DNA from: an uncultured Nitrospiraceae bacterium
GTDB taxonomy: Bacteria > Nitrospirota > Thermodesulfovibrionia > Thermodesulfovibrionales > UBA6898
Assembly (NCBI GenBank): GCA_963811165.1
Contig: CAWEQH010000001.1
Location: 480,001-544,000, forward strand
Length of the DNA stretch: 64,000 bases
Direction of reading: 5' to 3'
Shown piece after piece: positions 38,711 through 48,855 of this stretch. A program made the position numbers and the translations under genes. How positions within the stretch are numbered: position 1 is the stretch's first letter; every line of letters starts with the position of its first letter. The notes beneath the pieces were generated by a model, which was given only the letters and a program-made list of their open reading frames with translations, was not told the DNA's origin and did not search any database.

Positions 38711-40153
38711 TTAATTTTTCGGCTTGTAAGCAAGAGTCTGGAGTTCTTTTATACTCTGCTTGTCGACAAGCTGGATGACATTGGTTGTTCCTGTCTTTAT
38801 TGAGTGACGGCTGATGGTGACGATAAACTGTTCTTCCGGATTAATTTTCTTCTGCTTTACCGCTCTTTTATAAAAATTCAAAATCGCCTTATCGCTGTCC
38901 TGGTACTTTCTGTCGACTAAAACTGATTCGACACCCCAGACAACGGCCAATCGCCGGTGTGTTTTTTCATTGCTTGTAACTGCAATAATGCTAACCTTCG
39001 GACGCTGACGGGCAATCATCAATGCGGTCAAGCCTGTTTCGGTAAACGTGACGATTGCCGAAACCTCAATTCGTTGGGAAAGGGCAACCGCTGCAGCCGC
39101 CATTGCTTTTCGGTTGTCCCGCATTTCAACAACTTCCCGATACCTTGGATAATATTTCTCTGTTTCGTTTATCGTGGCAGAAATAACTTTTACTGCCTCT
39201 TCGGGAAAATCCCCGACAGTTGTTTCATCAGAAAGCATCACTGCATCCGCGCCATCCAAGACCGCATTAGCAATATCAGAGACCTCTGCCCTGGTAGGAT
39301 ACGGTGAGGACACCATTGACATCAGCATCTGGGTCGCAATGATCACCGGCAATCCCTTTTCCCTCGCCTTTGCAATGATCTGCTTCTGTATAACAGGTAT
39401 GACATATGGTCCCATCTCAACACCCAGGTCCCCCCTGGCGATCATCAAACCGTCCGCTTCGAGAATAATGTCTTCTATGTTTTCCAGGGCGGAACTTTTT
39501 TCTATCTTGGCAAAAACAGGTACATACTCTCCTGCCATTTTAATAAGCTTTTTGGCCTCTCGGATGTCATCAGCAGACTGAACAAAAGAGAGTGCGATGA
39601 GATCTATTTTCTGGGATATACCGAATTTAATATCTTCTTTGTCTTTTTGGGTGATCGCTGACATCTTGATCTGACCCACAGGCAGATTCACACCTTTTCC
39701 AGTGGTAAGCTTCCCCCCGGTTAAGATTCTTACAGTGACCTTGTCGGAATCTATACTTTCAACAGTTGAACGTATAGTACCGTCGGCAAAATAAACCTGA
39801 TCACCAATGGACACCCCATCAAGGATTTTGGGATAGTTGATGGAGATACAGTTCTGTGCCTCTTTGGGAGGGTTTTTTCTCCAGATATCGAGAAGATTGT
39901 TTTCAATCAACTGGATAGGTTCCATCGGCTTTACCCGGATTTTGGGCCCGGAAATGTCCTGAAGCAAGGCTATCGGCCTGTCAAGCTGTTCTGCAAGACG
40001 TCGTACATCTTTGATAAGCTTTGCATGGAAATCATGATCACCATGGCTAAAATTGAGGCGAAAAACATTAACCCCCAGGAGTATCAGTCTTTCAATAATG
40101 GCTTTATCGGCTGTTGCCGGTCCCAGGGTTGCAATTATCTTCGTTCTGGTCAT
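38711..40153 (-). CDS. pyk: Pyruvate kinase
   Basis: RTKIIATLGPA, RLNFSHG, AKIE, ARGDLG, ATQML.SM...PTRAE.SD, DAVMLS. Confidence 0.97.
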   Translation of the reverse strand: MTRTKIIATLGPATADKAIIERLILLGVNVFRLNFSHGDHDFHAKLIKDVRRLAEQLDRPIALLQDISGPKIRVKPMEPIQLIENNLLDIWRKNPPKEAQNCISINYPKILDGVSIGDQVYFADGTIRSTVESIDSDKVTVRILTGGKLTTGKGVNLPVGQIKMSAITQKDKEDIKFGISQKIDLIALSFVQSADDIREAKKLIKMAGEYVPVFAKIEKSSALENIEDIILEADGLMIARGDLGVEMGPYVIPVIQKQIIAKAREKGLPVIIATQMLMSMVSSPYPTRAEVSDIANAVLDGADAVMLSDETTVGDFPEEAVKVISATINETEKYYPRYREVVEMRDNRKAMAAAAVALSQRIEVSAIVTFTETGLTALMIARQRPKVSIIAVTSNEKTHRRLAVVWGVESVLVDRKYQDSDKAILNFYKRAVKQKKINPEEQFIVTISRHSIKTGTTNVIQLVDKQSIKELQTLAYKPKN

Positions 40154-40224
40154 GTAATCTCCTTCACCGATGAATTGTTAAGCTTGCGGCGTATCCGCTG
40201 GTTTTGAGGTTGCAGAATTGATTG

Positions 40225-40284
40225 GGGTCAGAGTAAAATCAATTATATTATTCATCGGTTCCTCAGTTAATTTTACTCTGACCC
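40225..40284. repeat. Short inverted-repeat element GGGTCAG...CTGACCC
   Basis: Perfect 15-bp IR GGGTCAGAGTAAAAT / ATTTTACTCTGACCC. Confidence 0.75.
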
Positions 40285-40786
40285 GAATTATAGATATTCA
40301 TGCTTCCAGACGGTTAGCGTGGCCCGCCCCACTCTCCCCCGTTTTTCAGAAGGCTAACAAGTTATTGAGTAGTTTCTCGTTATCTTACGGAAAGCCGCAG
40401 ACTTTGACAAGGATTTTATAGTATTTTGGGGATATAAGGACACTTCCTAACTCGTTATCTACAAGCAACTATTTCCAAAAGAATGTGACACTACTTACAA
40501 ATACATGAAAACTGCGGACTCCAAGGGGAACTTCTTAAAGTCGCAGGCAGTCGTAAAATGTTGAGTAGTCGGTGGACTCGGTAAACGACCCCTGCGCATT
40601 TCCAAGAATAAACGGCAATATGATCAGTCGCCCAGCCGGTCTCGACTTCTGTGAGTAGTTCCTATCGAAGCTCTCTTCGTTATGGGTGAATGTTTGTGGC
40701 TGTTTCTCGCCTTCATATTTTTCTGAGAGCGTTTTATTTCAAAATAATAATTTCGACGGCGTTTTGTTTCTTAAGGATGGTAACCC

Positions 40787-41737
40787 CTAGTTTAGGGATT
40801 TTTCTACCCGATTTCTTCCGGATGCTTTGGCCTTATAAAGCGCATCATCGGTTCGTCGTGTGAGGCTGAAGACATCGTCGTCATCATTGAGTTGAGCGAC
40901 ACCAAAACTGCAGGTGATTCTCTGCTGTCCTCTGATCCATAATGCTTCTGTTTCCGCCCGGAGGTGCTCCGCAAACAGCGCCGCCGTCTCCAACGCATTG
41001 TGTGTCAACAAAATCATGAATTCCTCGCCTCCCCATCGGGCAAAATAGTCGTGTTTTCTGACATGCTTCGATATGTGCGCGGTAAGTTGCTGCAAGACAG
41101 CATCGCCTATATGATGGCCGCAGGTATCGTTTATCGTTTTGAAATGGTCTATATCGAACATAACGAGCGAGAGGGGAATCTTGTGCCGCTTGGACCTGCT
41201 TATTTCCTTCATAAGCATCTGATCAAATTTCAGCCTGTTATAGATGCCTGTAAGGGGATCAGTCGTCGCCTGCTGCTCAAGGAGTTGATTGGCTTTCTTT
41301 AACGCTTCCTCGGTTTTCTTTTGTGTCGTAACGTTGTCCAGCACGAGAAGAACAAACGTATTATTATCATGGCTAAAGGCAGTTGTTGTCACACTGAAGA
41401 AAACGCACTCTACGCTGCCATCATAGCTGAGTTCCATCTCCGCCGCTTCACCGCAGACATCCTGGCCTTCAAATGCCCTGTATACAGAGTTTCTAATTAC
41501 ACACTCCGTGCACCACTGTGAGCCTCCACATCCTTCAGCTGTCGCATTGGCGTGCAGGCAATGCAGTATTTCCCCTCCTCTTTTCATCAAGACTTTTTCT
41601 TTTGCCGATCCGACAACCTGGGACGCTGCCCGATTCAAATGGATGATTCTCACATCATAATCCACTATGAACAACATAGCCGGCACAGCGTCTATCAACT
41701 TTTGCAGGAATGTGCTATCTTTCACAAAATCATTCAT
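40787..41737 (-). CDS. PAS-domain diguanylate cyclase
   Basis: DPLTGIYNR, DIDHFK..ND..GH..GD, RKHD I-site, GGEEF. Confidence 0.93.
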   Translation of the reverse strand: MNDFVKDSTFLQKLIDAVPAMLFIVDYDVRIIHLNRAASQVVGSAKEKVLMKRGGEILHCLHANATAEGCGGSQWCTECVIRNSVYRAFEGQDVCGEAAEMELSYDGSVECVFFSVTTTAFSHDNNTFVLLVLDNVTTQKKTEEALKKANQLLEQQATTDPLTGIYNRLKFDQMLMKEISRSKRHKIPLSLVMFDIDHFKTINDTCGHHIGDAVLQQLTAHISKHVRKHDYFARWGGEEFMILLTHNALETAALFAEHLRAETEALWIRGQQRITCSFGVAQLNDDDDVFSLTRRTDDALYKAKASGRNRVEKSLN

Positions 41738-42109
41738 GTCAGAACCTGTTCAGCTCCTGTTTTTGTATGGTCCCTATTGCGTTTTTGCTCAAAGCCTTCT
41801 CCATCGCGGCAGGGAGATACGGAACCTTTGTTTAGAAAGTTGCTATAGAATTAGATTTCTCACTTTGCTTTGAATATATGGCCTCTGACACAATATAGTC
41901 AATCCTACCGGGGTAGTGGGGAAAATGCAGGCGGGATGTCTTCCTGGCATATCTTCATAGTCTACGGTCACGCTATCGATGCGGTTTGGGCGAGCGTGTT
42001 ACGGGACAAACTTCTCAGTTATCGCGAATCGAAACTCGCGTTTAGTCCTGCGAGAAGGATAAAGAAGCGGCATGGGCTGTAAGGTCGAATTTATTCGGGA
42101 TGGATTTTA

Positions 42110-43501
42110 TCATTCCGCTTCAGCCGTTCTGGCGGAAATATGATATTTCTTCATCAGGGTATGGAAGTTTGTCCGCTGCATCCCCACGTCGGAAGATGCG
42201 CGCGAGATGTTCCCGTTGTTGCGCCTGAGCGCCTCCATGATGAAGGCCTTCTCGATGCCTTCGACCGACTTGAGTCTCAGGTCTTTCTTTTTTTCCTTGA
42301 GTTCTTCAACAGTCCGCGGAATCGACTCTTCAGAAGGAAGGTCAAGGGAGGTGAGATGTTCCGGTTTGAGTGTCTTGCCCTGGCACATGATTACCGCCCT
42401 CTGGATTGTGTTTTCAAGCTGGCGGACATTTCCCGGCCAGGGATAGAGAACCAGGAGCCTCATCGCTTCTGCGGTGATGTGGGTGACGCGTTTGTTGAGT
42501 TCTTCTGCGTACTTTTCCAGAAAGTGATGGGCGAGATGCGGGATGTCCTCCTTCCGCTCACTCAAGGGCGGCATGTGTACAGGGAAGATGTTAAGACGGT
42601 AGAAAAGGTCCTCCCTGAAGGACCCTTCTTTTGTAAGTATTCTCAGGTCCTTATTTGTCGCGGAAATAAATCTCACGTCGATGTGCACCGTCTTTTTTTC
42701 TCCGAGCGGACGGAATTCACGCTCCTGGAGCACCCTGAGCAGTTTTGCCTGCGTTTGCATATTGAGATTTCCGATTTCATCCAGAAAGATGCTGCCGCCG
42801 TTTGCAGATTCGAGCAGACCTTTTTTATTTTCCGATGCGCCGGTAAAGGCCCCCTTGGTATGTCCGAACAACTCCGACTCGATGAGCGTCTCAGGGATGG
42901 TGGTACAATCGACGACAACGAAAGGCAGGTCTTTTCTAGGGCTGTTAAAGTGAATGGCACGCGCAACGAGTTCTTTCCCCGTCCCGCTTTCCCCAGTTAT
43001 GAGGACGGTACTGCCGGTGCCGGCGACTCTTGCGATGAGCTGGAAAACTTTCTGCATCGCCTGAGATATACCGACAATGTTGCCTAGTTCGTAGTGGGAC
43101 GGTACTATCTCCTTGCTCGCTGCCTCATCGGAGGAGAGTCTGCTTAATGCCCGGGCAACGAGAGCAAGAAGGTCATCGGGGCTGAAGGGCTTTTCTATAT
43201 AATCGAACACCCCCATCTTCATGGCCCTCACCGCGGTATTGACCGTCCCGTATCCGGTCATTATGATTACCTGGGTGTCGGGCCAATTCTCTTTGATCCG
43301 TATGAGTACTTCGATGCCGTCTATGTCGGGCATCTTCAGGTCGGTAAGAACAAGATCCACTCTCCCCGCGTCCAGTAACTGCAGGCCCTCTCTCCCGGCC
43401 TTTGCCGTCCGCACTTCATACCCGGCCGGCTCAAGCACCCGACGGCAGCTTTCTCTTAGTATCTCTTCGTCATCGATGATGAGTATTCTGCCTTTATTCA
43501 T
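42110..43501 (-). CDS. sigma54-dependent response regulator (REC-AAA+-Fis HTH)
   Basis: REC, GESGTGKE, ESELFGH.KGAFTGA, FLDEIG, WPGNVRQL, HTH. Confidence 0.95.
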   Translation of the reverse strand: MNKGRILIIDDEEILRESCRRVLEPAGYEVRTAKAGREGLQLLDAGRVDLVLTDLKMPDIDGIEVLIRIKENWPDTQVIIMTGYGTVNTAVRAMKMGVFDYIEKPFSPDDLLALVARALSRLSSDEAASKEIVPSHYELGNIVGISQAMQKVFQLIARVAGTGSTVLITGESGTGKELVARAIHFNSPRKDLPFVVVDCTTIPETLIESELFGHTKGAFTGASENKKGLLESANGGSIFLDEIGNLNMQTQAKLLRVLQEREFRPLGEKKTVHIDVRFISATNKDLRILTKEGSFREDLFYRLNIFPVHMPPLSERKEDIPHLAHHFLEKYAEELNKRVTHITAEAMRLLVLYPWPGNVRQLENTIQRAVIMCQGKTLKPEHLTSLDLPSEESIPRTVEELKEKKKDLRLKSVEGIEKAFIMEALRRNNGNISRASSDVGMQRTNFHTLMKKYHISARTAEAE

Positions 43502-43530
43502 CCCCAGCAGGCCGTAGTATTATGCAGCTC

Positions 43531-43908
43531 TTATTTTTTGTTCTTATGGTCCAACGCCTTGGAAACGGCGTTCATGAGAGCGTCGGGAGTAAAAGGTTTT
43601 TCTATATAATCGTAGGCCCCGAGCTTTATAGATTTCACCGCCGTATCGACAGTCTGGTAACCCGTAATAATGATGACCTCGACCCCGGGCCAGTCCTCTT
43701 TTATTTTTCTCAGCACCTCGATGCCGTCTATGTCAGGCATCTTTAGGTCTGTAAGCACAAGATCGAACGCCTCCTCCCCCATCATTTTGAGGCCTTCCCG
43801 ACCGTTTTTCGCCAGTTTGACCTCGAAGCCGCCCGGCGTGAGCGTACGGCTGCAACTGGTCCTGACGATGTCCTCATCATCGACTACGAGAATCTTTCCC
43901 TTTTTCAT
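43531..43908 (-). CDS. Single-domain response regulator
   Basis: VDDE, TDLKMP, ITGY, KPF. Confidence 0.93.
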   Translation of the reverse strand: MKKGKILVVDDEDIVRTSCSRTLTPGGFEVKLAKNGREGLKMMGEEAFDLVLTDLKMPDIDGIEVLRKIKEDWPGVEVIIITGYQTVDTAVKSIKLGAYDYIEKPFTPDALMNAVSKALDHKNKK

Positions 43909-45485
43909 GGTGTTTCCTTATAGGCGGGGAGCTTTATAAAGAAGCTCGTGCCTTCGCCCAGTTTGGTTTTTACAGAGATGCTCCCTCCGTGCTCATGGAC
44001 AATGCCGTGACTGACGGCGAGTCCGAGCCCGGTGCCTTTGCCGACCGGCTTTGTCGTAAAGAAAGGTTCGAATATCTTTGCAAGGTTTTCGTCATCGATG
44101 CCGGGCCCTGTGTCCCGGAATTCGATTTCCACCCAATCGCCGTTGTTGTCCCGTATATTTTTCGTAACCATGGTAATAGTGCCTTTGCCTTCAATGGCAT
44201 CGGCCGCATTCATGATCATATTGAGAAATACCTGCTGGAGCTGCGAGGAATCGGCCCTCACCTTCGAAAGATACTCATCAAAATCGGTGACTATTTTAAT
44301 GTTAAAGAAATCGGCCTTGTTCCTGACGATATTGAGGGAATGGTTTATCACATCATTGATATTGGTAGGCGCTTTCTCGGCTGCGGAAGCCCTCGCAAAC
44401 CCGAGAAGCCCCTTGATAATCGTGGAGCACCGGTTGGCCTGTTCAATAATTACCTGGATGTCCTCATTTTCCTCTGATCCCGGCGGAAACTTTTTTAGAA
44501 GCAGGTGCCCAAACGTAACGATCCCGGTGAGGGGACTGTTTATCTCATGCGCGACGCCCGCAGCCATTCTGCCAAGGGAAGCCAATTTCTCTGAATGGAT
44601 AAGCTGGGCCTGGGCCCTGTGTATGGCCTCAGTCTTTTCCTGGACCTTTTTTTCAAGGGTATTGCCCCATTCCACAAGTTCGTTCTTGGCCTTTTTCAGG
44701 TCCGAGGTCATGGCGTTGAACGCCTGTGCAAGTTCGCCTATTTCGTCTTTTGTGTTGATGTCCAGGTGATAATCGAGGTCACCGCCCGCAACCTTTTCCA
44801 TCCCCCGGGTCAGAAGGCTGACGGGTGTGGAGACAAGGTTCCATAGAATAGTGCAGAGCACGACTGAAATGACAAACAGAAAAACGAGGACATAAGCCGT
44901 AATCGCCAGCCCCTGATTTTTTATGCTATTGTCCAAAAGGGCGAGGGAAAGGTTCGCCTCAACCAGTCCGAGGACCCTCTGTTCCTTCGGGTGTGCGTGA
45001 CATACTGAGGTATAGCAGGCGGCCTCATTATAGATCGGCTGGATAATATTGAGCACCCTGAAGTTCTTGCCTTTGGTTATCAAAACGGTTGCCGTATCCT
45101 TGGGGTGTTCACCCCCCGCAGAATGGCAGCCTACGCAGATAAGGGATTTCATGTCAACCGCCGTACCGATGTCTTTTTTGTCAGACGAATAGGCGATCTT
45201 TCCCTTATTGTCGAAGACGCGGACGCGAAGGACCCCCTCGGCAGACCCAATCGCCTCTATTGTCTGCTGTATGAGGAGTTGCTGAAAGGTGAGCATCCCG
45301 TATCGGGTGCTCTTCCTTACGTAATCAACATAGGAATGACCGTATTTTATGGAATTCTGGATAAGCTCGTTTTCCTGATGCCGGAAGAGAAAATACCAGA
45401 AGATGGTACTCCCTACAACCATCAACGTCCCTATAGTGAGGATGAGCTTTCCGGTCAATGAATGTAAGGATTTTCTTACGAGCAT
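43905..45485 (-). CDS. Membrane sensor histidine kinase with periplasmic heme-c motifs and HAMP domain
   Basis: Two TM segments; CVGCH and CYTSVCH; HAMP (DEIGELA.AFN.M); AHEINSPL; FFTTK..GKGTGLGL. Confidence 0.92.
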   Translation of the reverse strand: MLVRKSLHSLTGKLILTIGTLMVVGSTIFWYFLFRHQENELIQNSIKYGHSYVDYVRKSTRYGMLTFQQLLIQQTIEAIGSAEGVLRVRVFDNKGKIAYSSDKKDIGTAVDMKSLICVGCHSAGGEHPKDTATVLITKGKNFRVLNIIQPIYNEAACYTSVCHAHPKEQRVLGLVEANLSLALLDNSIKNQGLAITAYVLVFLFVISVVLCTILWNLVSTPVSLLTRGMEKVAGGDLDYHLDINTKDEIGELAQAFNAMTSDLKKAKNELVEWGNTLEKKVQEKTEAIHRAQAQLIHSEKLASLGRMAAGVAHEINSPLTGIVTFGHLLLKKFPPGSEENEDIQVIIEQANRCSTIIKGLLGFARASAAEKAPTNINDVINHSLNIVRNKADFFNIKIVTDFDEYLSKVRADSSQLQQVFLNMIMNAADAIEGKGTITMVTKNIRDNNGDWVEIEFRDTGPGIDDENLAKIFEPFFTTKPVGKGTGLGLAVSHGIVHEHGGSISVKTKLGEGTSFFIKLPAYKETP

Positions 45486-45560
45486 CTTTTAGGAAAATGT
45501 ATACTATTTCACCCGGTTTATGCAACAAAAAAACCTAAAACTATAGTTTTAATTTTTTAC

Positions 45561-45590
45561 TTGACTTCCCGAACGATTTTCCTTATAACT
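45561..45590 (+). promoter_or_regulatory. sigma70 promoter of the nuo operon
   Basis: TTGACT-17-TATAAC(T). Confidence 0.6.
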
Positions 45591-45635
45591 TATTACTGCA
45601 TGGTAAAACATTATACTATTTTGCCCGGTGCTTTT

Positions 45636-45992
45636 ATGCCGTCGGAATATCTGCCGATCTTGATTTTTTTCATGGTCGCCACGGCCTTCGGGCTAGGTGC
45701 CCTCGTCCTCGGCGAGCTTTTCCGGATAAAGAGACCCTATCCCGAGAAGCTCATGCCTTACGAATCGGGGAACGCGCCGGTCGGCGAGCCCCGCATGAGA
45801 TTTTCAGTAAAGTTTTATATTATCGCAATGCTGTTTGTCGTGTTCGACGTTGAAGCGGTCTTCCTTTATCCATGGGCGGTTGTATTCGACAAGATCGGCA
45901 TGTATGCCTTTATTGAGATGATTGTTTTTATCATAATTCTCCTTGCGGGTTATGTATATGCGTGGAAGAAAGGGGCGTTTATTTGGGATTAA
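45636..45992 (+). CDS. nuoA: NADH-quinone oxidoreductase subunit A
   Basis: [21 protein letters not shown]. Confidence 0.95.
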   Translation: MPSEYLPILIFFMVATAFGLGALVLGELFRIKRPYPEKLMPYESGNAPVGEPRMRFSVKFYIIAMLFVVFDVEAVFLYPWAVVFDKIGMYAFIEMIVFIIILLAGYVYAWKKGAFIWD

Positions 45993-46510
45993 TTCAGGGG
46001 TTAGAGACAGTAACGCTTGTTGAGGTCGAAGAAGGCACGAGAATCATGTCTCCCAATATTATCATTACCTCCATGGATAAACTGATAAACTGGGGGAGAC
46101 GGTCGTCCCTATGGCCGATGACCTTCGGGCTTGCCTGCTGTGCCATTGAAATGATGGCGACGTACGCCAGTCATAACGACCTCGACAGGATGGGGATAAT
46201 CCCGAGGGGTTCCCCGAGGCAGTCTGATTTTATGTTCGTCGCCGGCACTGTTACAAAAAAAATGTCCCAGATCGTCAGAAGGGTCTATGATCAGATGCCC
46301 GAGCCCAGATACGTGATCTCGGTGGGAAGCTGCGCCAACAGCGGAGGCATTTTCAATACCTACAGTACGGTGCAGGGATGCGACACCTTTTTACCGATCG
46401 ATGTATATATCCCGGGTTGTCCGCCGAGGCCCGAGGCCTTTATCGACGGGATAATCAAGCTCCAAGAAAAGATCAAGGCGGAACAGTTCCACTGGAGCCG
46501 CTGGCGTTAA
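45962..46510 (+). CDS. nuoB: NADH-quinone oxidoreductase subunit B (start uncertain)
   Basis: [22 protein letters not shown]. Confidence 0.95.
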   Translation: MEERGVYLGLIQGLETVTLVEVEEGTRIMSPNIIITSMDKLINWGRRSSLWPMTFGLACCAIEMMATYASHNDLDRMGIIPRGSPRQSDFMFVAGTVTKKMSQIVRRVYDQMPEPRYVISVGSCANSGGIFNTYSTVQGCDTFLPIDVYIPGCPPRPEAFIDGIIKLQEKIKAEQFHWSRWR

Positions 46511-46591
46511 GGCGGGAGAGCGGCGTTAGCCGGCAGTTCGTAGTCATAGCCTGAAGTTAAATTTTGAGAGAGGAACGCGGACTTAGGGGTT

Positions 46592-47126
46592 ATGGAAGCA
46601 TTACAGGTCGCCGAAAAGATAAAGGAAAGATTTCCTGAAGAGGTTCTTGACGTAAAGGAATTCAGGGGACAGGTGTCCGTTACCCTGAAAAAAGAGAGGA
46701 TACTCGACATCTGCAGATTCCTACACGACGACCCCGAACTATTCTTCGATTACCTTGTAGATGTCTGCGGGGTCGATTATCTCGGGAAGAATGAAAAGAG
46801 GTTCGAGGTCGTATACCATCTCTATTCGATAAAACACCGTCATGCCCTCAGATTAAAGGCAGAAGTGGCCGATGACAAACCATCCATAGATTCAGTCATG
46901 CCCGTATGGATCGGAGCGAACTGGCACGAGCGGGAGGCATATGACATGTACGGTATTGTCTTTAATGGGCATCCTGACCTTAGGAGAGTACTCATGCCGG
47001 AAGACTGGGAAGGGTATCCGCTTGAGAAAAGACTATCCGTTACAGGGCCCGGAAAAGGAGTGGTCCGGCTTCATCGAGATTCTCGATAAAGCAAAGAGGT
47101 ACAGGGAATTCGAGTGGCACGGATGA
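46592..47126 (+). CDS. nuoC: NADH-quinone oxidoreductase subunit C (frameshift ~47020)
   Basis: ANWHEREAYDMYG..F.GHPDLRR...YPL/RKDYPL. Confidence 0.92.
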
Positions 47127-47162
47127 GCACTGAGGATAATAAGGGGCAGAATTTTCATAAAT

Positions 47163-48362
47163 ATGGAAGAGATGGAATCTAAAGAAAAGACGTTCGAGAC
47201 TCAAGAGCTGACGATCAGCATGGGCCCCCAGCACCCGGCGACGCACGGTGTTCTGAGGCTGTTGCTCGACCTCGACGGCGAAAATGTGGTCAAGTGTACC
47301 CCCTATGTCGGTTATCTCCATCGGGGCGTTGAGAAACTCGGGGAAAACAGGACCTATTTTGCTGCCCTTCCTCTTAGCGACCGGCTTGATTACATATCTT
47401 CCATGAACAACAATGTCGGCTACGTCAACGCTGTGGAAAAGCTCTTCGGTATCGAAGCTCCGGAAAGGGCCAAGTTCATAAGAACAATGGTTGCCGAGAT
47501 GGGGAGGATATCTAGCCATATCATCTGGCTAGGAACGCATGTCTTGGACATCGGGGCCACCACTCCTTTCTTGCATGCGATGGCCCAGAGAGAACGCATT
47601 CTCGACCTTTTCGAGATGCTCTGCGGAGCGAGGCTTACCGTGAGTTATCCGCGGGTCGGCGGTGTCCGCAATGATATTTCTCAGGAGTTTCTCGATGCCC
47701 TTTATGAATTTGCTCTTGAGTTCCCTTCGCATATGGACGATTATGAGACCCTTGTCACTGAAAACAGGATATGGAAGGACAGGACGGTAGGTATCGGTGT
47801 CATCTCGGCCGAAGAGGCGATAAACTGGGGTCTTACAGGCGGTATGCTGAGGGGCTCCGGAGTTGATTATGACATAAGGAGATATGCTCCTTATGATGCA
47901 TATGACAAGGTCGAGTTCGATGTGCCTGTCGGCAAGAAAGGCGACTGTTACGACAGGTATCTTGTCAGGGTGGGAGAGATGAGGCAGGCAAACAGGATAA
48001 TGAAACAGTGTATAGAGAAACTGCCTGCGGGGCCTAGTCATGGCGGATGCGCCTAAATTGACCCTGCCGCCCAAGGACATGATCCTCAAGGACATGGAGC
48101 ATCTTATCCACCAATTTATCCTGATTACGAAAGGCCCGTCCGTTGCCGAAGGCGAGGTTTACATGTGCGACCGAGGTGCCCAAGGGAGAACTCGGCTTTT
48201 ATTTTGTGAGCGACGGAACGGGGAAGCCTTACAGGATGAGGGTGAGGGCGCCTTCATTCGTCCATGCTTCGGTGCTTCCGAGGTTGTGAGGGAGGGATGA
48301 TCGCAGACGTTATAGCGAACATAGGGACGATAGATATTGTCCTTGGAGAATGTGACAGGTAA
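47163..48362 (+). CDS. nuoD: NADH-quinone oxidoreductase subunit D (several frameshifts 48030-48300)
   Basis: [22 protein letters not shown]; fragments [20 protein letters not shown]. Confidence 0.92.
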
Positions 48363-48381
48363 AAAAGGTCAAAAGATAAAA

Positions 48382-48850
48382 ATGTTTAATGAAGCTGCAA
48401 GGAAAGAACTGGAAGAGATAAGGCTGAAATACCCGACGTGCAAGGGCAGCGCTCCTGCCGGCCCTTTATGTGGCCCAGAGGGAGTTCGGCTGGTCTGTCT
48501 CCGGACGCATATGAGACGGTGTCGGACCTGCTCGGCAGTGCCGAAGGCGATCGCCCGGGGTGTAGGGACTTTCTATGCGATGTACAAACATAAGCCTGCC
48601 GGCAGAAACAGTCGTGCAACTCTGCACGAATGTCTCATGCATGATCCTGGGCGCCGAAAGACTTGTGGATTTCCTGAAGGACAAATACGGGCTTGAACCC
48701 GGGGGGACGACCCAGGACGGAAGGTTTTCTCTTGTGATTATGGAGTGTATCGGTGCATGCGGCACTGCGCCGGCGATGCTTGTGAATGATGATTTTTATG
48801 AAAATCTGACTGAAAAATACATAGAAGAAATACTTGGTAGATATAAATAG
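48382..48850 (+). CDS. nuoE: NADH-quinone oxidoreductase subunit E (frameshifted)
   Basis: GTFYAMY, CTNVSC, ECIGACGTAP. Confidence 0.88.
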
Positions 48851-48855
48851 ACGAC

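Noticed and set aside
40300..40780. Riboswitch or integron integrase remnant near the GGDEF gene
   Set aside because: No recognisable c-di-GMP aptamer and no intI-like reading frame
42140..43087. Long antisense ORFs (also 6693..7688, 31343..32329, 50267..51217, 55180..56229)
   Set aside because: Shadows of well-supported genes on the opposite strand, with no recognisable motifs
45497..45618. Rex operators around the nuo promoter
   Set aside because: Only about 9 of 14 consensus matches in AT-rich DNA
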